From NCBI RefSeq assembly GCF_030646845.1, contig NZ_JAUSLE010000031.1, positions 31,892 through 95,891 of the forward strand: DNA of 64,000 nt, given 5' to 3'. The stretch is from Rhodoferax sp. (GTDB lineage: Bacteria > Pseudomonadota > Gammaproteobacteria > Burkholderiales > Burkholderiaceae_C). Position numbers and translations under genes: made by a program. Positions 20,600 through 31,143 of this stretch are shown in pieces (within the stretch, counting starts at the first letter, position 1; each line of letters opens with the position of its first letter). The notes beneath the pieces were generated by a model. The model made no database searches and was not told the DNA's origin. It saw only the letters and a program-made list of their open reading frames with translations.

Positions 20600-23500
20600 C
20601 GCAACAGTTGGGCGTTCGCTCGGCAAACTGAGCCCGCCACGGCTGGGCCGTGTCATCGGGCGCGAGCGCCTGTTTGCCCGGATGGAACAGTATGCCGCGG
20701 CGCCAGGTATGTGGATCGCGGGACCGCCCGGCATCGGCAAGACCACGCTCGTCGCCACCTACCTCGAAGCGCGGGCCCTGCCCTGCCTGTGGTTGCAGCT
20801 CGACGCCGGCGATGCCGACCCTGCAACCTTCGTTCATTTCCTGCGTGCGGCGGCCGCACGGCACGTGCCGCAGCGCCAGTTGCGACTGCCCTTGCCCAGC
20901 GCAGACGACCTGCGCGATGTGCCGGGCTTCACGCGTCGCTGTTTCCGGCGCCTCGCCCTCTCGCTTGACCCGCCTTGGGTGCTGGTGCTGGACAACCTGC
21001 AAGAGATCGGTCCCGCGGCCCCGCTGCATTCCGGCATTGCCGCCGCGCTGACGGAATTGCCCGGGCAAACCCGCCTGATCGCCATCAGCCGCGAGCCACC
21101 GGGCCCCGCCTACGCGCGCGCGCTGGCGAGCCAGCAACTTGCGCTGATTGAGGCCGCAGCATTGCGCTTCAACGACCTGGAAACACGGCAACTTGTGCGA
21201 TTGCACGACCGGGACTGGCAAGCCAGCGCACTGCGCCACGCGACCGACGGCTGGGCCGCGGCCATGATCCTGCTGCTCGCCGCGCGCAGCGAGCTGGACC
21301 CCGAAGCGGCGATGCACGGCGGTGCGGCGCGCGACCGACTGTTCGATTTTTTCGCCGGTGAGGTGATGCAAACGATGGCACCCCCGGACGGGCTGGCACT
21401 GATGCGCATCGCCTTCCTGCCCAGCGCCACCGCCGCCATGGCGGTAGCCATCAGCGGCGATCCACACGCCGCCGAACTGTTGGCCGATCTGGCCCGGCGC
21501 AGTCTGTTCACGGATCGTCGCGCGGGTCCGCCACCTGCCTATACCTTCCATGCACTGTTCAGCGCGTTCCTTCGTGCGCGGGCCGCGGACCGTCTGGATG
21601 CCGAGGCGCTGCGCTCACTGCGCGTGCAGGCGGCGCAGATTCTCGTCGAGCACGGCCAGGCCGATGCCGCCATGGCGCAACTGATCGAAGCCGCGGCGTG
21701 GGATGAAGCGCTGACGCTGCTGGTGGCACAGGCCGGGCACTTTGTCGCACAGGGGCGAACGGCCACGGTACGGGGCTGGATCCTGGCGCTGCCTGAAGCC
21801 GTGCGCGGCGGTGCGCAGGCATCGTACTGGCTCGGCTACTGTGCACTGGCCAGCGAACCGGCCGACGCGCTGCGCCACCTGGAGCGCGCGCACGCTGGCT
21901 TCACGGCGGCTGCGGATGCGCTTGGCTCGTTCTACACCGCCGCGGCGGCCGCCGACGCGATCATTTTCCTCGGCACCAACCTCGACGCACTGGCGCCGTG
22001 GATGCCACTGCTGGAGTCCTACGCGCCGGTGTACCTGGCGAGTCGGGATGTTGAGTCCGACCTGCGCGTGCTGCCCGGTCTGCTGGCCGCCTTTGTCCAT
22101 CGGGAAACGGCCCATCCCCTGACGGCACCACTGGCCGATCTGGCCGAGCGCATGCTGGACCAGCCGCTGGCTGCCAGCCAGCGCATCCTACTCGGCTCGC
22201 TGGCCTACTACCTGCTGTGGACGGGCCAGACCGTGCGGCTCGATCGCATCATGATCAAGATCGACCGCATGTGCGCCGGGCAGGATGTGGCGCCCGCAAC
22301 GCTGTTTCGCTGGTATGGCGTCGGGGTGCTCATCCGGTCGCTGCTCGGTCGCATCGACGAGGCCAGTGACTACGCGCGCCGAGCCCTCGCCCTGGCCAGC
22401 CCGGGAGCAGCACCGATGCGCGCCAAAGCCCACCTGCTGATGGTGCTGGCGGCCCTGGCGGCGCGCAACAGCGAACTGGCGCGCACGCATCTCCATGAAG
22501 CGGCCAGCGTCCTCCACGCAGACAACCCGATTGATGTGACCACCTACGAGTTCCAGCGCGGCCTGCTCATGATGCTCGATGGCGACTGGCGTGGCGCAGA
22601 GCAGCTCATGCGCGCGGCGGTCGCCAGCGGGCATACAAGCGGCTGGCCGCTGCGCGAACACATTGCGCTGCTGGGCCAGACGCTTGCCTGCACCCAGGTG
22701 GGTGCCTTCGCTGACGCCGAGGATGCACTGCGGGCCGTGCTGCTGCACCGCTTCCATTCGGTGTGCCGCTGGCACCAGTGGCTGGCGGCGCTGATCGAAG
22801 CGTACCTGGCGGAGCGGCAAGACGACCGGCCACGCTGCCTGGCTGCACTTGAACAAGCCTTCACTATCGGTCGGGCCTGCGGCTACGACTTCGGGCCGAT
22901 GCCGTATTGCTGCGATGACATGATGCCCCGCCTGACCTCGCTCGCTCTCGATCACGGTATCGACCGGCCTTTTGCGCTGCAAATCGTGCGCCGCTACGCC
23001 CTTCCCGCACCCAGGGGCGCTGGCGAACATTGGCCCTGGCCGGTTCGCATCCGCACGCTCGGCCACTTCAGCGTCGAGCGCGATGGGGAGCCGGCAAAGT
23101 CCTCCCGCAAGGAGAGCCGCAAGCCACTTGATCTGCTGAAAATACTGATGTCCCTTGGCGGCGAGGCGGTACCGGTGACCCGCCTTTGCGCCGCCCTTTG
23201 GCCCGAGGCGCCGGGGGATGCGGCTCGCAATTCGTTTGACAACGCCTTGCATCGATTGCGCAAGTTGCTCGGCGGTGACCAGCGGGTGCAACTGCACTCT
23301 GGTGGTCTGAGCCTCGATGCCGCCACCTGCTGGACCGACGTGACGGCACTGACAACCTGTCTGACCCAACTGGACCGGCTTGCCAGTGACTGCGACTCGG
23401 CATCGCGGCTGGCGCTGCTGGAGCTGGCACTGACGCTCTACCAGGGCGAATACCTCGCCGGCGAAGACGAGCTGCCTGATGTGCTGGTGACGCGCCAACG

Positions 23501-23780
23501 GCTCCAGACCTGGTTCAGCCGCCAGGTGGGTGCGCAGGGGGCATGGCTGGAGGCGGAGGGACAGTTTGACGCGGCAGTGCGTCTTTACAGGCGCGTCATT
23601 GAGCAACAACCCCTGGCCGAGGCAATCTATCGCCGGCTGATCAGGTGCCTGCTCGAACTCGGGCAACGCGCCGAGGCGTACGAGGTCTATCGACGTTGCC
23701 GCCAGCAGTTGTCGATCGTTCTGGGCATCCGCACTGCCCCTGAAACCGATGCCCTGGTCGCGGCGCTGCGCAATCTCTAA
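20586..23780 (+). CDS. MalT-like STAND NTPase with TPR region and C-terminal wHTH/BTAD domain
   Basis: GPPGIGKTT Walker A; VLVLDN Walker B; TDGW; IRTLGHF...LWPE...LHRLRKLL; YRRC BTAD end. Confidence 0.85.
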   Translation: MPHASATVGRSLGKLSPPRLGRVIGRERLFARMEQYAAAPGMWIAGPPGIGKTTLVATYLEARALPCLWLQLDAGDADPATFVHFLRAAAARHVPQRQLRLPLPSADDLRDVPGFTRRCFRRLALSLDPPWVLVLDNLQEIGPAAPLHSGIAAALTELPGQTRLIAISREPPGPAYARALASQQLALIEAAALRFNDLETRQLVRLHDRDWQASALRHATDGWAAAMILLLAARSELDPEAAMHGGAARDRLFDFFAGEVMQTMAPPDGLALMRIAFLPSATAAMAVAISGDPHAAELLADLARRSLFTDRRAGPPPAYTFHALFSAFLRARAADRLDAEALRSLRVQAAQILVEHGQADAAMAQLIEAAAWDEALTLLVAQAGHFVAQGRTATVRGWILALPEAVRGGAQASYWLGYCALASEPADALRHLERAHAGFTAAADALGSFYTAAAAADAIIFLGTNLDALAPWMPLLESYAPVYLASRDVESDLRVLPGLLAAFVHRETAHPLTAPLADLAERMLDQPLAASQRILLGSLAYYLLWTGQTVRLDRIMIKIDRMCAGQDVAPATLFRWYGVGVLIRSLLGRIDEASDYARRALALASPGAAPMRAKAHLLMVLAALAARNSELARTHLHEAASVLHADNPIDVTTYEFQRGLLMMLDGDWRGAEQLMRAAVASGHTSGWPLREHIALLGQTLACTQVGAFADAEDALRAVLLHRFHSVCRWHQWLAALIEAYLAERQDDRPRCLAALEQAFTIGRACGYDFGPMPYCCDDMMPRLTSLALDHGIDRPFALQIVRRYALPAPRGAGEHWPWPVRIRTLGHFSVERDGEPAKSSRKESRKPLDLLKILMSLGGEAVPVTRLCAALWPEAPGDAARNSFDNALHRLRKLLGGDQRVQLHSGGLSLDAATCWTDVTALTTCLTQLDRLASDCDSASRLALLELALTLYQGEYLAGEDELPDVLVTRQRLQTWFSRQVGAQGAWLEAEGQFDAAVRLYRRVIEQQPLAEAIYRRLIRCLLELGQRAEAYEVYRRCRQQLSIVLGIRTAPETDALVAALRNL

Positions 23781-23948
23781 GCCATTTCTAGGATCACGCT
23801 GTTTAGCCTCTGTCTGAGGGAGCGATGCAATCGGCACCGCGACAACACAGGGGAAATTCATGCGACATATCTCTAAACCTTCTTGCTCAATCAGGCTTGG
23901 CGCGGGACTGGTGCTTTGGGCGCCCATTCCCGCTTTGGGAGGTTTTTC

Positions 23949-24950
23949 ATGAACCACCATCCTCCATCCCGGCGGGCGTTTCTTGGTGCATCCGGGGCCC
24001 TGGCCACAGTGCTCACCCTTGGCCTTCCTGACCTCGCCCAGGCGCAATCACCGATCGACCAGCTGCGTATCCTGTGCAGCGGGCCGGCCGGCAGCATTCC
24101 TGACATCGTGGCACGCCGCATCGCGGAGCAATTGACCAGTCACTACCCGCGGGGCGTTGTTGTTGACAACCGGCCAGGCGCCGCCGGGCAGATTGCCGTG
24201 ACCGCCTTGAAGTCGGCCCCGGCCGACGGCGCAACCGTTCTTCTGGCCCAGGGAGCGATCGCAACCGTCTACCCGTATCTGTACGCCAAGCTGGCGTATG
24301 ACCCATTTGTCGACCTGCAGCCGGTGTCGCTGGCAGCGGAAATGACGCTCGGGCTGGCGGTGGGACCTGCTGTGCCGGACAGCGTCATCACCGTCCGCGA
24401 CCTGGCTGAATGGATGCGCCGCAACCCGAAGGCAGCCAACGTGGGCTCGCCCGGCACCGGCACCTTGCCGCACCTGCTCGAAGAGTTGCTGTTTCGGGAA
24501 GCCAACGTGCCATGGCAGCACGTCGTTTACGCCGGTGGCCCGCCAGCCATGGTCGACTTGCTGGGCGGACAGATCGCGGCGCTGGTGCTGCCCGAGGGGC
24601 TGTTGCGCCAGCATCGGGCGTCGGGCAGGCTGCGGGTGCTGGCCACCTCGGGTGCCCAGCGCAGCACCTATTTGCCCGATGTGGCAACGCTCGTCGAGCA
24701 GGGGTATCCCGACCTGGTGGTGCGCGAGTGGTTCTCTTTTTTCATGTCGGGGCGGGTGGCCGCCGCGACGGTAGACGGCGCGTCGCAGGCCCTGCGCGGC
24801 GCAATCGCGCGACCCGAACTGGCCGCGGCCTTTGCGGAGTCGGGGATGGTTGCCGCCTCCAGTACGCCGGCAACGCTGGCCGCGCGCATCGCGACCGAGC
24901 AGCGCTATTGGGCGCCGGTTATCCGTGCAACGGGCGTGAGGGCCGAGTGA
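23949..24950 (+). CDS. Bug/TctC tripartite tricarboxylate transporter binding protein (Tat)
   Basis: SRRAFL signal; VDNRPGAAG; GSPGTGTLPHL. Confidence 0.88.
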   Translation: MNHHPPSRRAFLGASGALATVLTLGLPDLAQAQSPIDQLRILCSGPAGSIPDIVARRIAEQLTSHYPRGVVVDNRPGAAGQIAVTALKSAPADGATVLLAQGAIATVYPYLYAKLAYDPFVDLQPVSLAAEMTLGLAVGPAVPDSVITVRDLAEWMRRNPKAANVGSPGTGTLPHLLEELLFREANVPWQHVVYAGGPPAMVDLLGGQIAALVLPEGLLRQHRASGRLRVLATSGAQRSTYLPDVATLVEQGYPDLVVREWFSFFMSGRVAAATVDGASQALRGAIARPELAAAFAESGMVAASSTPATLAARIATEQRYWAPVIRATGVRAE

Positions 24951-25831
24951 TGCGATCCCCCACAGTTGAAACCGGGCCCCAATCTGCCGCCCCGTCCAGC
25001 CCGGTCTGGGACAAGGGCGCAGACGGCTGGAACAAGCACGCAACGCTGATCCGCAGCTGGCTGCACGACGTGACGGCCGCCATGCTCGATGCCGCCGGCG
25101 TCGCACCCGGCTCGCGCGTGCTGGACATCGCCGCCGGCGCCGGCGACCAGACGCTGGATGTTGCGCGCCGCGTCGGGCCGCAGGGCTACGTGCTGGCGAC
25201 CGACATCTCAGCACGCATGCTCGCCCTGGCGCAGGAGAACCTGCGTGCTGCCGGTTTGCAGCATGTGGAGACGCGGCTGGCCGATGCGCAGGCGCTGGGT
25301 CTCGCTGGGTCTGACTTCGATGCCGCCGTATGCCGGCTCGGATTGATGTTCTGCGCAAACCCGCTGGATGCGTTGAGCGGCACCCGCCAGGCCCTCAAGC
25401 CCGGGGGGCGGCTCGCTGCGGTGGTGTTCTCGCAGCCGCAGCACAATCCGTGCCTCGCCATCATGATGGCCACCGCGCTCCAGCATGCCGGCGTGCCGGC
25501 GAAACAGCCCTTCGAACCGGGCACGCTGCTCAGCCTGGGCAAGCCAGGTCTGCTGGCACAGCTGCTGGATGACGCCGGCTTCGTCAATATCGAGGTGCAG
25601 TCGGTGTCCGCCCCGTTTCGCGTGCCATCGAGTCAGCACTATGTTGATTTCGTGCGGGCATCCGGCTCGCCGGTTATGGCGATCCTGGCCTCGCTTCCCC
25701 TACAGGCACAGAAAGATGCATGGGACGACATGGTGCAGCGCTTGAATGTCTTCACAACGCCGGCGGGCTGGGTCGGACCGAACGAGCTGTTGCTGTGTGC
25801 CGCGGTAGCACCGGCCGTTGGGAGCGTCTGA
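24950..25831 (+). CDS. Class I SAM-dependent methyltransferase (UbiE-like)
   Basis: VLDIAAGAG, FDAAVC and LKPGG; ATG overlaps the upstream TGA. Confidence 0.85.
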   Translation: MRSPTVETGPQSAAPSSPVWDKGADGWNKHATLIRSWLHDVTAAMLDAAGVAPGSRVLDIAAGAGDQTLDVARRVGPQGYVLATDISARMLALAQENLRAAGLQHVETRLADAQALGLAGSDFDAAVCRLGLMFCANPLDALSGTRQALKPGGRLAAVVFSQPQHNPCLAIMMATALQHAGVPAKQPFEPGTLLSLGKPGLLAQLLDDAGFVNIEVQSVSAPFRVPSSQHYVDFVRASGSPVMAILASLPLQAQKDAWDDMVQRLNVFTTPAGWVGPNELLLCAAVAPAVGSV

Positions 25832-25865
25832 AAACGTACCCCGGCCTGAAACATCCGTTTTTCTA

Positions 25866-25919
25866 GCTATTAAATAAATAGCATACTGCGCATATTTCAC
25901 GGGGGCTGCAGGCCAAAAT
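25866..25919 (+). repeat. Dispersed repeat copy 3
   Basis: gctattaaataaatagc + 20 nt + gggctgcaggcc. Confidence 0.8.
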
Positions 25920-25962
25920 GCCGCTCCTCGGTGAAGCAGGGCACCTGGAGGCGACGAGGAAG

Positions 25963-26499
25963 CTAGCGACGCAGCCGGAGCCGCGAGCGCTCAATGAATC
26001 GATCGGTGATTTCCTGCACACGCCGTTGCACCACACGCTCGACGGCACTTCTGGCAATGGCATCGGGAAGCAGTCTCAACGCAAGCGGCTTCGGTATGCT
26101 GGCTGTAATCGCCACGTCATAGCTTGCCTGTGTCTGGGCGCCGGCGGATCGAAGCGCCAAGCGGCTGGAATACTCTCCCTGACCTGTCAGCGAACTCCAG
26201 CTGGCCCGTGACGCGGCAGGCGCAAGTCCGCGCCAGGGGGTCACAAGGAGAACATGGTCCACCTCATTGAACCGAGCCTGGATGTCGCTGTAGAGTTCGA
26301 CCTGATAGACGCCGGCCACGGCGGCGCTGTACAGGACCCGGTATCGGTCGTTCGAATACAGCTCCGTCAGACGCAACTCCGGCAAGTCCTGCAACGTCCC
26401 GCGAAAATCCCGGAAATGCGCCACTGCCGCTGTCAGATCCGTCGGCAGGGTGAACTCGCGATGGGCCGCGACGGCAATGCTCAAAACAGGCTGTGACAT
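25963..26499 (-). CDS. Hypothetical protein, possibly SRPBCC/DUF1997-like
   Basis: Beta-rich body with a long C-terminal helix; family call tentative. Confidence 0.5.
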   Translation of the reverse strand: MSQPVLSIAVAAHREFTLPTDLTAAVAHFRDFRGTLQDLPELRLTELYSNDRYRVLYSAAVAGVYQVELYSDIQARFNEVDHVLLVTPWRGLAPAASRASWSSLTGQGEYSSRLALRSAGAQTQASYDVAITASIPKPLALRLLPDAIARSAVERVVQRRVQEITDRFIERSRLRLRR

Positions 26500-26570
26500 G
26501 ACCACTACATCGCGCTGAATGTCCGCTTCGAGCAGAACGCCTCGGAGGAGCTGCGCCTATTTACCATGCA

Positions 26571-27248
26571 TCAGCCATGCTCTTGTGTGTCACCTTCTCT
26601 GGAGACAGGACCAAGGCCGGGCGCTCTTGCCCGTGCGATCAACACCAGGCCGAACACACCGGCGACACCGAGCCCCAGGTCCTGTGACACACCCAGAAGA
26701 AAGGCGGCCTGGACCCCTACAAAACTCCAAAGGACCGGAACAATCAACGGACTGCGCGGATACGGTGCAACCAAAAATGCGAGCAAGCCGATGGTGAATA
26801 GGGTGGTGGGACACGGAAGGCCAAATGTCGGCACGGCCGGGTACCGGTGTCCCGCGTAATAAGACCAGGCGGGATACAAGACGAGTGCGAACACGATGAG
26901 CAAGGCACCGACCCAAGAGCGGGCACTGGAGGTCCATCGGAAATCAAGCGTGCGACGAACAACGCCTTGCCAAAAAAAGATGCCGGCGCCTGCCAGCGAT
27001 ATCCCCGCGAAGGCATAGGCTAGCGGATTGATCGACGTGAAAAATGCGAGGTGGTACGCCAGACCAAGCCAGGCCCAAAGATAAGCAAGAATGGCGGACA
27101 CGGCCACACCGGACCAGCGACGCGGGACGAGTACGAGGGCAATGGCCGCAAGGGCGAGCGCAAGCAGAACCACCTGGGCTGGCCACAGGGCTGTGTTGTA
27201 TTCGCGAAAAACGCCGTAGAACTGGCCGATCGAAAATGGAAGCTGCAC
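26571..27248 (-). CDS. Membrane protein (DUF6064-like)
   Basis: LPFS..QF..VF..YN..LWP and FGLPCPTT motifs; several TM helices. Confidence 0.7.
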   Translation of the reverse strand: MQLPFSIGQFYGVFREYNTALWPAQVVLLALALAAIALVLVPRRWSGVAVSAILAYLWAWLGLAYHLAFFTSINPLAYAFAGISLAGAGIFFWQGVVRRTLDFRWTSSARSWVGALLIVFALVLYPAWSYYAGHRYPAVPTFGLPCPTTLFTIGLLAFLVAPYPRSPLIVPVLWSFVGVQAAFLLGVSQDLGLGVAGVFGLVLIARARAPGLGPVSREGDTQEHG

Positions 27249-27275
27249 CGGTACTCCTGACGGCGCGCGGTTCCC

Positions 27276-30200
27276 TCAGCGCGTCAGATTGAGTGTACCC
27301 ACCAGTTCCTCGCGATCGGGACTGTTTTGCGACGTCGTCACTTCCGTCGGCGGCAGCCATAGCTCGATCACGCCCGGGCGCGCCTGGAGCGAGCGCGGCA
27401 GGTCGCGCAGCCAGACCTGATCCACATCCCCGGGCAAAACCCATGGGGCGCCGATGTGGCGCAGGATGGCGCCGGCACAGTCCCGGCTAGCGGGGTCGTG
27501 CAGCACCAGCGTCGGTTTCGGCCAGGGCACCGGCCGCCGCTGCCGGCGCAGGTCGGCGCTGCGAATCACGTTCTCGACGGGCGCAACCAGCACAGGCGAG
27601 TCAGCCCCCGCCTGCAGGGACTGACGCAGCGCCGTCGCAGGCAGGCGCGACGCTTCATCGTAGATATGGATGTACAGCGTGGTGCGCCCCGCCTCGCGCA
27701 GGCACGGCTGCAGCGACGGCAGGGCGATGCTGCTCGTGCTGGCCTGCGGCCGGACCGGTACCAGCACAGGCGGTACCACCGGCACCGCAGGCGAGGGGCT
27801 GCCAGCCGCCACAGTGACATCTTGCGGACCCGGCATGGACCGTGTCCCGAACACCGGAAACCGACCCGCCGCCGCCAGCAACACCTTGCGACTGTCGCGG
27901 GCCTGCTCCCGCGGCGACGCGCCCGGGTGCCAGTAATTCAGCGCGGTGTTTTCGGTGGGCGGCTTCAGGACCAGCGCACACAGGCTGCTCTGGATCCGCT
28001 CATGCGCCGCCAGACACCCCGGGCTGGCCTCCACCTCCTGGATGCATTCGTCGGCGATCCGCCCCGCCAGGCGTTCCAGGCCGGCCTGTTCGAGCGGCCG
28101 CATGGTCGGACTGCCGCGCAGATCCAGCAGCAGGGAGGCCTGCGTGACCACGTGCTCCGGTATCTCCGGGCAGGACCCCTTGAAGGACTGCAGCCCCTTG
28201 GAAACGTCGGTGAACAGCTGGCGGGCCTCGGTTTGCTCGTCGGTGCGGTTGCGCTGCAACTGCTCCTGCACCTGCCACAACGAGAGCAGCAACGTACCGG
28301 ATGCCCCGACGCCCAGCGTGGTGCCTATCGCCGTGGCGCGCGCACTGCGCCGCCACAGCGGTTCGGCCCGCGGCGCGTCGGCAACGTCCTTGCCTGAGCC
28401 CAGCCGGGCCGCCACGCGGATGCCGTGGCGCGCCGCACTGCGCCAGCCCGGCAACTGGGCCAGCCAGCTCTCGTGCATGGCCCGGCCAAAGTCCTCACCG
28501 AGCCGGTGGTAGCTCTCCCACTGGGCCTCGTCGAATGACTGGTCGCCGGTGGATTCGTGCGGGAAAGTGTCATGCTTTTGCGCATAGGCCAACAGGTCGA
28601 CGTCGAGCGCGTCGTGCAGATTCGGCTTGATCACCAGCAGCGTGCCTTCGGGCCGGAATGACTGGCCCCCACCGCCATCGGCACCGCCCGGCCCCGGGCG
28701 CTCACGGTAGCGAATGCGCGCCAGCAGCACGCCGCGGCACGAATGGTTGTTGGCCATGTCTTCCGGCGACAGCACCGTGAGCTCGGTGCTGCCCAGCGTG
28801 AACAGGTTGGCCGCTTCTTCACGGCTGTAGAAATCAATCTCGGCCCCGAAGTCGATGCGTGCCTTGCGCACCAGGTTCTCGATGTCGCCAAACTCGTATT
28901 GCGCGTCGCAACTCGCGTCCGACAGGATGATGAAGCCAAGCTCGCGCTTGAGCAGCGCATAGACACCGCTGTTCTCGAAATGCCCGCCGTCCGACAGGTA
29001 CCACCAGGGCCGCTCCACGCCAAAGAACGTGGCCGAGGCCTCGCTGGTCAGCATCATGGGCTTGGGTATGGCGCGCCATGCCAGGCGGCTCAGCCAGCGC
29101 AGCTGCACCCGCTCGCGCGGCGCCCGCATCCAGTGGCCCAGCCGCACCCCGAGAAAATACACCAGCAGGGACAGCCCGCGCGAGGTGTAGGCACCGGCGC
29201 CCGGCGAGGCCGCCGCCCCCGACACCGCGATCCAGCGCCCCAGCGTGCCGGCGTCGTGTTCGGGCTTGAGGGCAATGAACTCACGCGGACCAAGCTCGAA
29301 ACCGCGCCAGCTGGCCGTGACAGCCGTGCCCTTGCGGTCGGCGTTGTACAGGCCGCTTTTGTCGTCGCGCGTCTGGTTCAGGCAGGTATTGACGAGGTGA
29401 ATCGGGCCGCCTTCGAGCTCGGGCCGGTAGTTGCGCAGGCGGGTGTCGTCGCCTTCCACCACCCGCGTGACGTCGGCGCGGTTGCCCACCGCGTCATCAT
29501 CCAGACAGCGTTGGCGGTTGCCCACGGCCAGATACGCGCGGGTCAGGCGGGCGCGATAGAAGCTGTGCAGCGAAGACGTGTTGGCCATTTGCGAATTGCC
29601 GGCGGTCAGCACCACCCAGGTGAGCCACGCCGCCGCCAGCAAACCGGCCCGCATCCAGGCCGGCACGCTGCGCAGGGCGCTGAACGTCTCGGGCGCAAAG
29701 ATGAACCATTGCAGCACCACCAGCCAGGCCGTGACCAGCACCAGCAGTCCCAGCAGGCTGCCAAAGTTGAGCAGCCGTGGCAACCAGTCGTGCGCCCGGC
29801 TGCGCGATTCCGCGGCAATCTTCTGCAGCGGCTGCATCAGCGTACGCAGCACCACCAAAGCGATGCCGCCCACGCCTACCCCGCCCCACAGCCACTGGTT
29901 GCCGGTCTGGAATTCCTCCAGCACCCACCAGCTGAGCCGGTCCAGCGCACCGAGTCCGGCCAGCGCCAAGGCGCCCAGCAGAACCACGCGCAGCGCCCGC
30001 GTCAGCCAGTTGCGCAGGCGCGCCACCTTCAGCGCGTGGGGCGCCCGGCTGGCGGCCATCCAGCCCATCACGGCCAGTTGCCCCATTACCAGCGAGACCA
30101 GCGCCAGCACACCGGCGCTCGGCCAGTTCAGGCTGTGGCGCACCGGATCGATCGCACCATCGGGCTGCAGCGCCCGCAGCAGCAGGTAGGCGCCCGCCGC

Positions 30201-31001
30201 CGCCACCGACACGAACAGGGCATCACGCCAACCTGGCGCCAAAGCGGTCGTCGCCGGATTGGAGGCATCGCGGGCCGCCCAGTACCCGGCAATCAGCCCT
30301 GGCGCAAGGGCCGCCCAGAACGCCAGCGACAAGGCCCACCACGCCGTATGCCAGCGTTCCCAGCCCTGCGGGTCAAGCACCTGAACACTGTGTTGCCACA
30401 GATGGGGCACCACCACCACCAGCCCCAGCAGGATGCAGGCAAACATGAACTCGGTATGAATGGCGACCCAGGCGCGCAGGTAGGTCACCACCGCAATGCC
30501 GACGTCGCGCGAGCCGGCAGGGCTGAGGTAGCGCCCATTGCGGCGCAGCCACTCCAGCACCGGCGAGCCACCGCGCGCCATCAAGGCCAGGGCACGCTGT
30601 ACGCCGTAGGTCGCGACCAGTCGGCCGTACATGCCGCCGGCGTAGCCGCCGCCGGACACGGTGGACAGGTAGTCGAGCCGCCCCAGCAGCCCGTCGCTGA
30701 TCAGCGTGCGCCTGGCCGGGTCGGCAGCGGCAGCCTCCCGGCTCTGCGCGAGGCCACGCATCAGCCCGAGCGCGAACGTGGCGCTGCGCACGCCGCCGCC
30801 GGACAGGGCCAGACCGACGCGTGGCAGATTCAATTCGCTCTGATTGCTGCTGGCCGCCTCGCCCAGCACACGGCGGCGGCGCGCGGCAATGGCTTGTTCC
30901 TCCGCGGCACACAGCGCGGCCCAGTCATTGGCCAGTTCGGGTTCAGCCGCGTCGGGGCCCGGTTGCACGGCGGCCCCGTTCGGGGCGGGATCAGTGTTCA
31001 T
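27276..31001 (-). CDS. Large membrane-embedded patatin/cPLA2-like phospholipase
   Basis: GLALSGGGVRSA; DYLSTVSGG (Ser); LSDGGHFEN (Asp); TM bundle between Ser and Asp motifs; GGAGG RBS. Confidence 0.82.
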   Translation of the reverse strand: MNTDPAPNGAAVQPGPDAAEPELANDWAALCAAEEQAIAARRRRVLGEAASSNQSELNLPRVGLALSGGGVRSATFALGLMRGLAQSREAAAADPARRTLISDGLLGRLDYLSTVSGGGYAGGMYGRLVATYGVQRALALMARGGSPVLEWLRRNGRYLSPAGSRDVGIAVVTYLRAWVAIHTEFMFACILLGLVVVVPHLWQHSVQVLDPQGWERWHTAWWALSLAFWAALAPGLIAGYWAARDASNPATTALAPGWRDALFVSVAAAGAYLLLRALQPDGAIDPVRHSLNWPSAGVLALVSLVMGQLAVMGWMAASRAPHALKVARLRNWLTRALRVVLLGALALAGLGALDRLSWWVLEEFQTGNQWLWGGVGVGGIALVVLRTLMQPLQKIAAESRSRAHDWLPRLLNFGSLLGLLVLVTAWLVVLQWFIFAPETFSALRSVPAWMRAGLLAAAWLTWVVLTAGNSQMANTSSLHSFYRARLTRAYLAVGNRQRCLDDDAVGNRADVTRVVEGDDTRLRNYRPELEGGPIHLVNTCLNQTRDDKSGLYNADRKGTAVTASWRGFELGPREFIALKPEHDAGTLGRWIAVSGAAASPGAGAYTSRGLSLLVYFLGVRLGHWMRAPRERVQLRWLSRLAWRAIPKPMMLTSEASATFFGVERPWWYLSDGGHFENSGVYALLKRELGFIILSDASCDAQYEFGDIENLVRKARIDFGAEIDFYSREEAANLFTLGSTELTVLSPEDMANNHSCRGVLLARIRYRERPGPGGADGGGGQSFRPEGTLLVIKPNLHDALDVDLLAYAQKHDTFPHESTGDQSFDEAQWESYHRLGEDFGRAMHESWLAQLPGWRSAARHGIRVAARLGSGKDVADAPRAEPLWRRSARATAIGTTLGVGASGTLLLSLWQVQEQLQRNRTDEQTEARQLFTDVSKGLQSFKGSCPEIPEHVVTQASLLLDLRGSPTMRPLEQAGLERLAGRIADECIQEVEASPGCLAAHERIQSSLCALVLKPPTENTALNYWHPGASPREQARDSRKVLLAAAGRFPVFGTRSMPGPQDVTVAAGSPSPAVPVVPPVLVPVRPQASTSSIALPSLQPCLREAGRTTLYIHIYDEASRLPATALRQSLQAGADSPVLVAPVENVIRSADLRRQRRPVPWPKPTLVLHDPASRDCAGAILRHIGAPWVLPGDVDQVWLRDLPRSLQARPGVIELWLPPTEVTTSQNSPDREELVGTLNLTR

Positions 31002-31143
31002 GGCGATACCTCCATGCCCAAGATGCACGCGCATTGGCCGTGCGGTTCAGTCGGCCATGCTACGCCGGGCGCCGGCATACGTCAACGCACCACCGATACC
31101 ATCCGACTGTAGTAAGGTCATCACTGCAAACGGAGGTGTCACC

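Noticed and set aside
30844-31143. N-terminal extensions in the ORF track (also 24410, 33468, 58765, 63916)
   Set aside because: They overlap neighbouring genes or a tRNA; downstream starts fit the family N-termini better.
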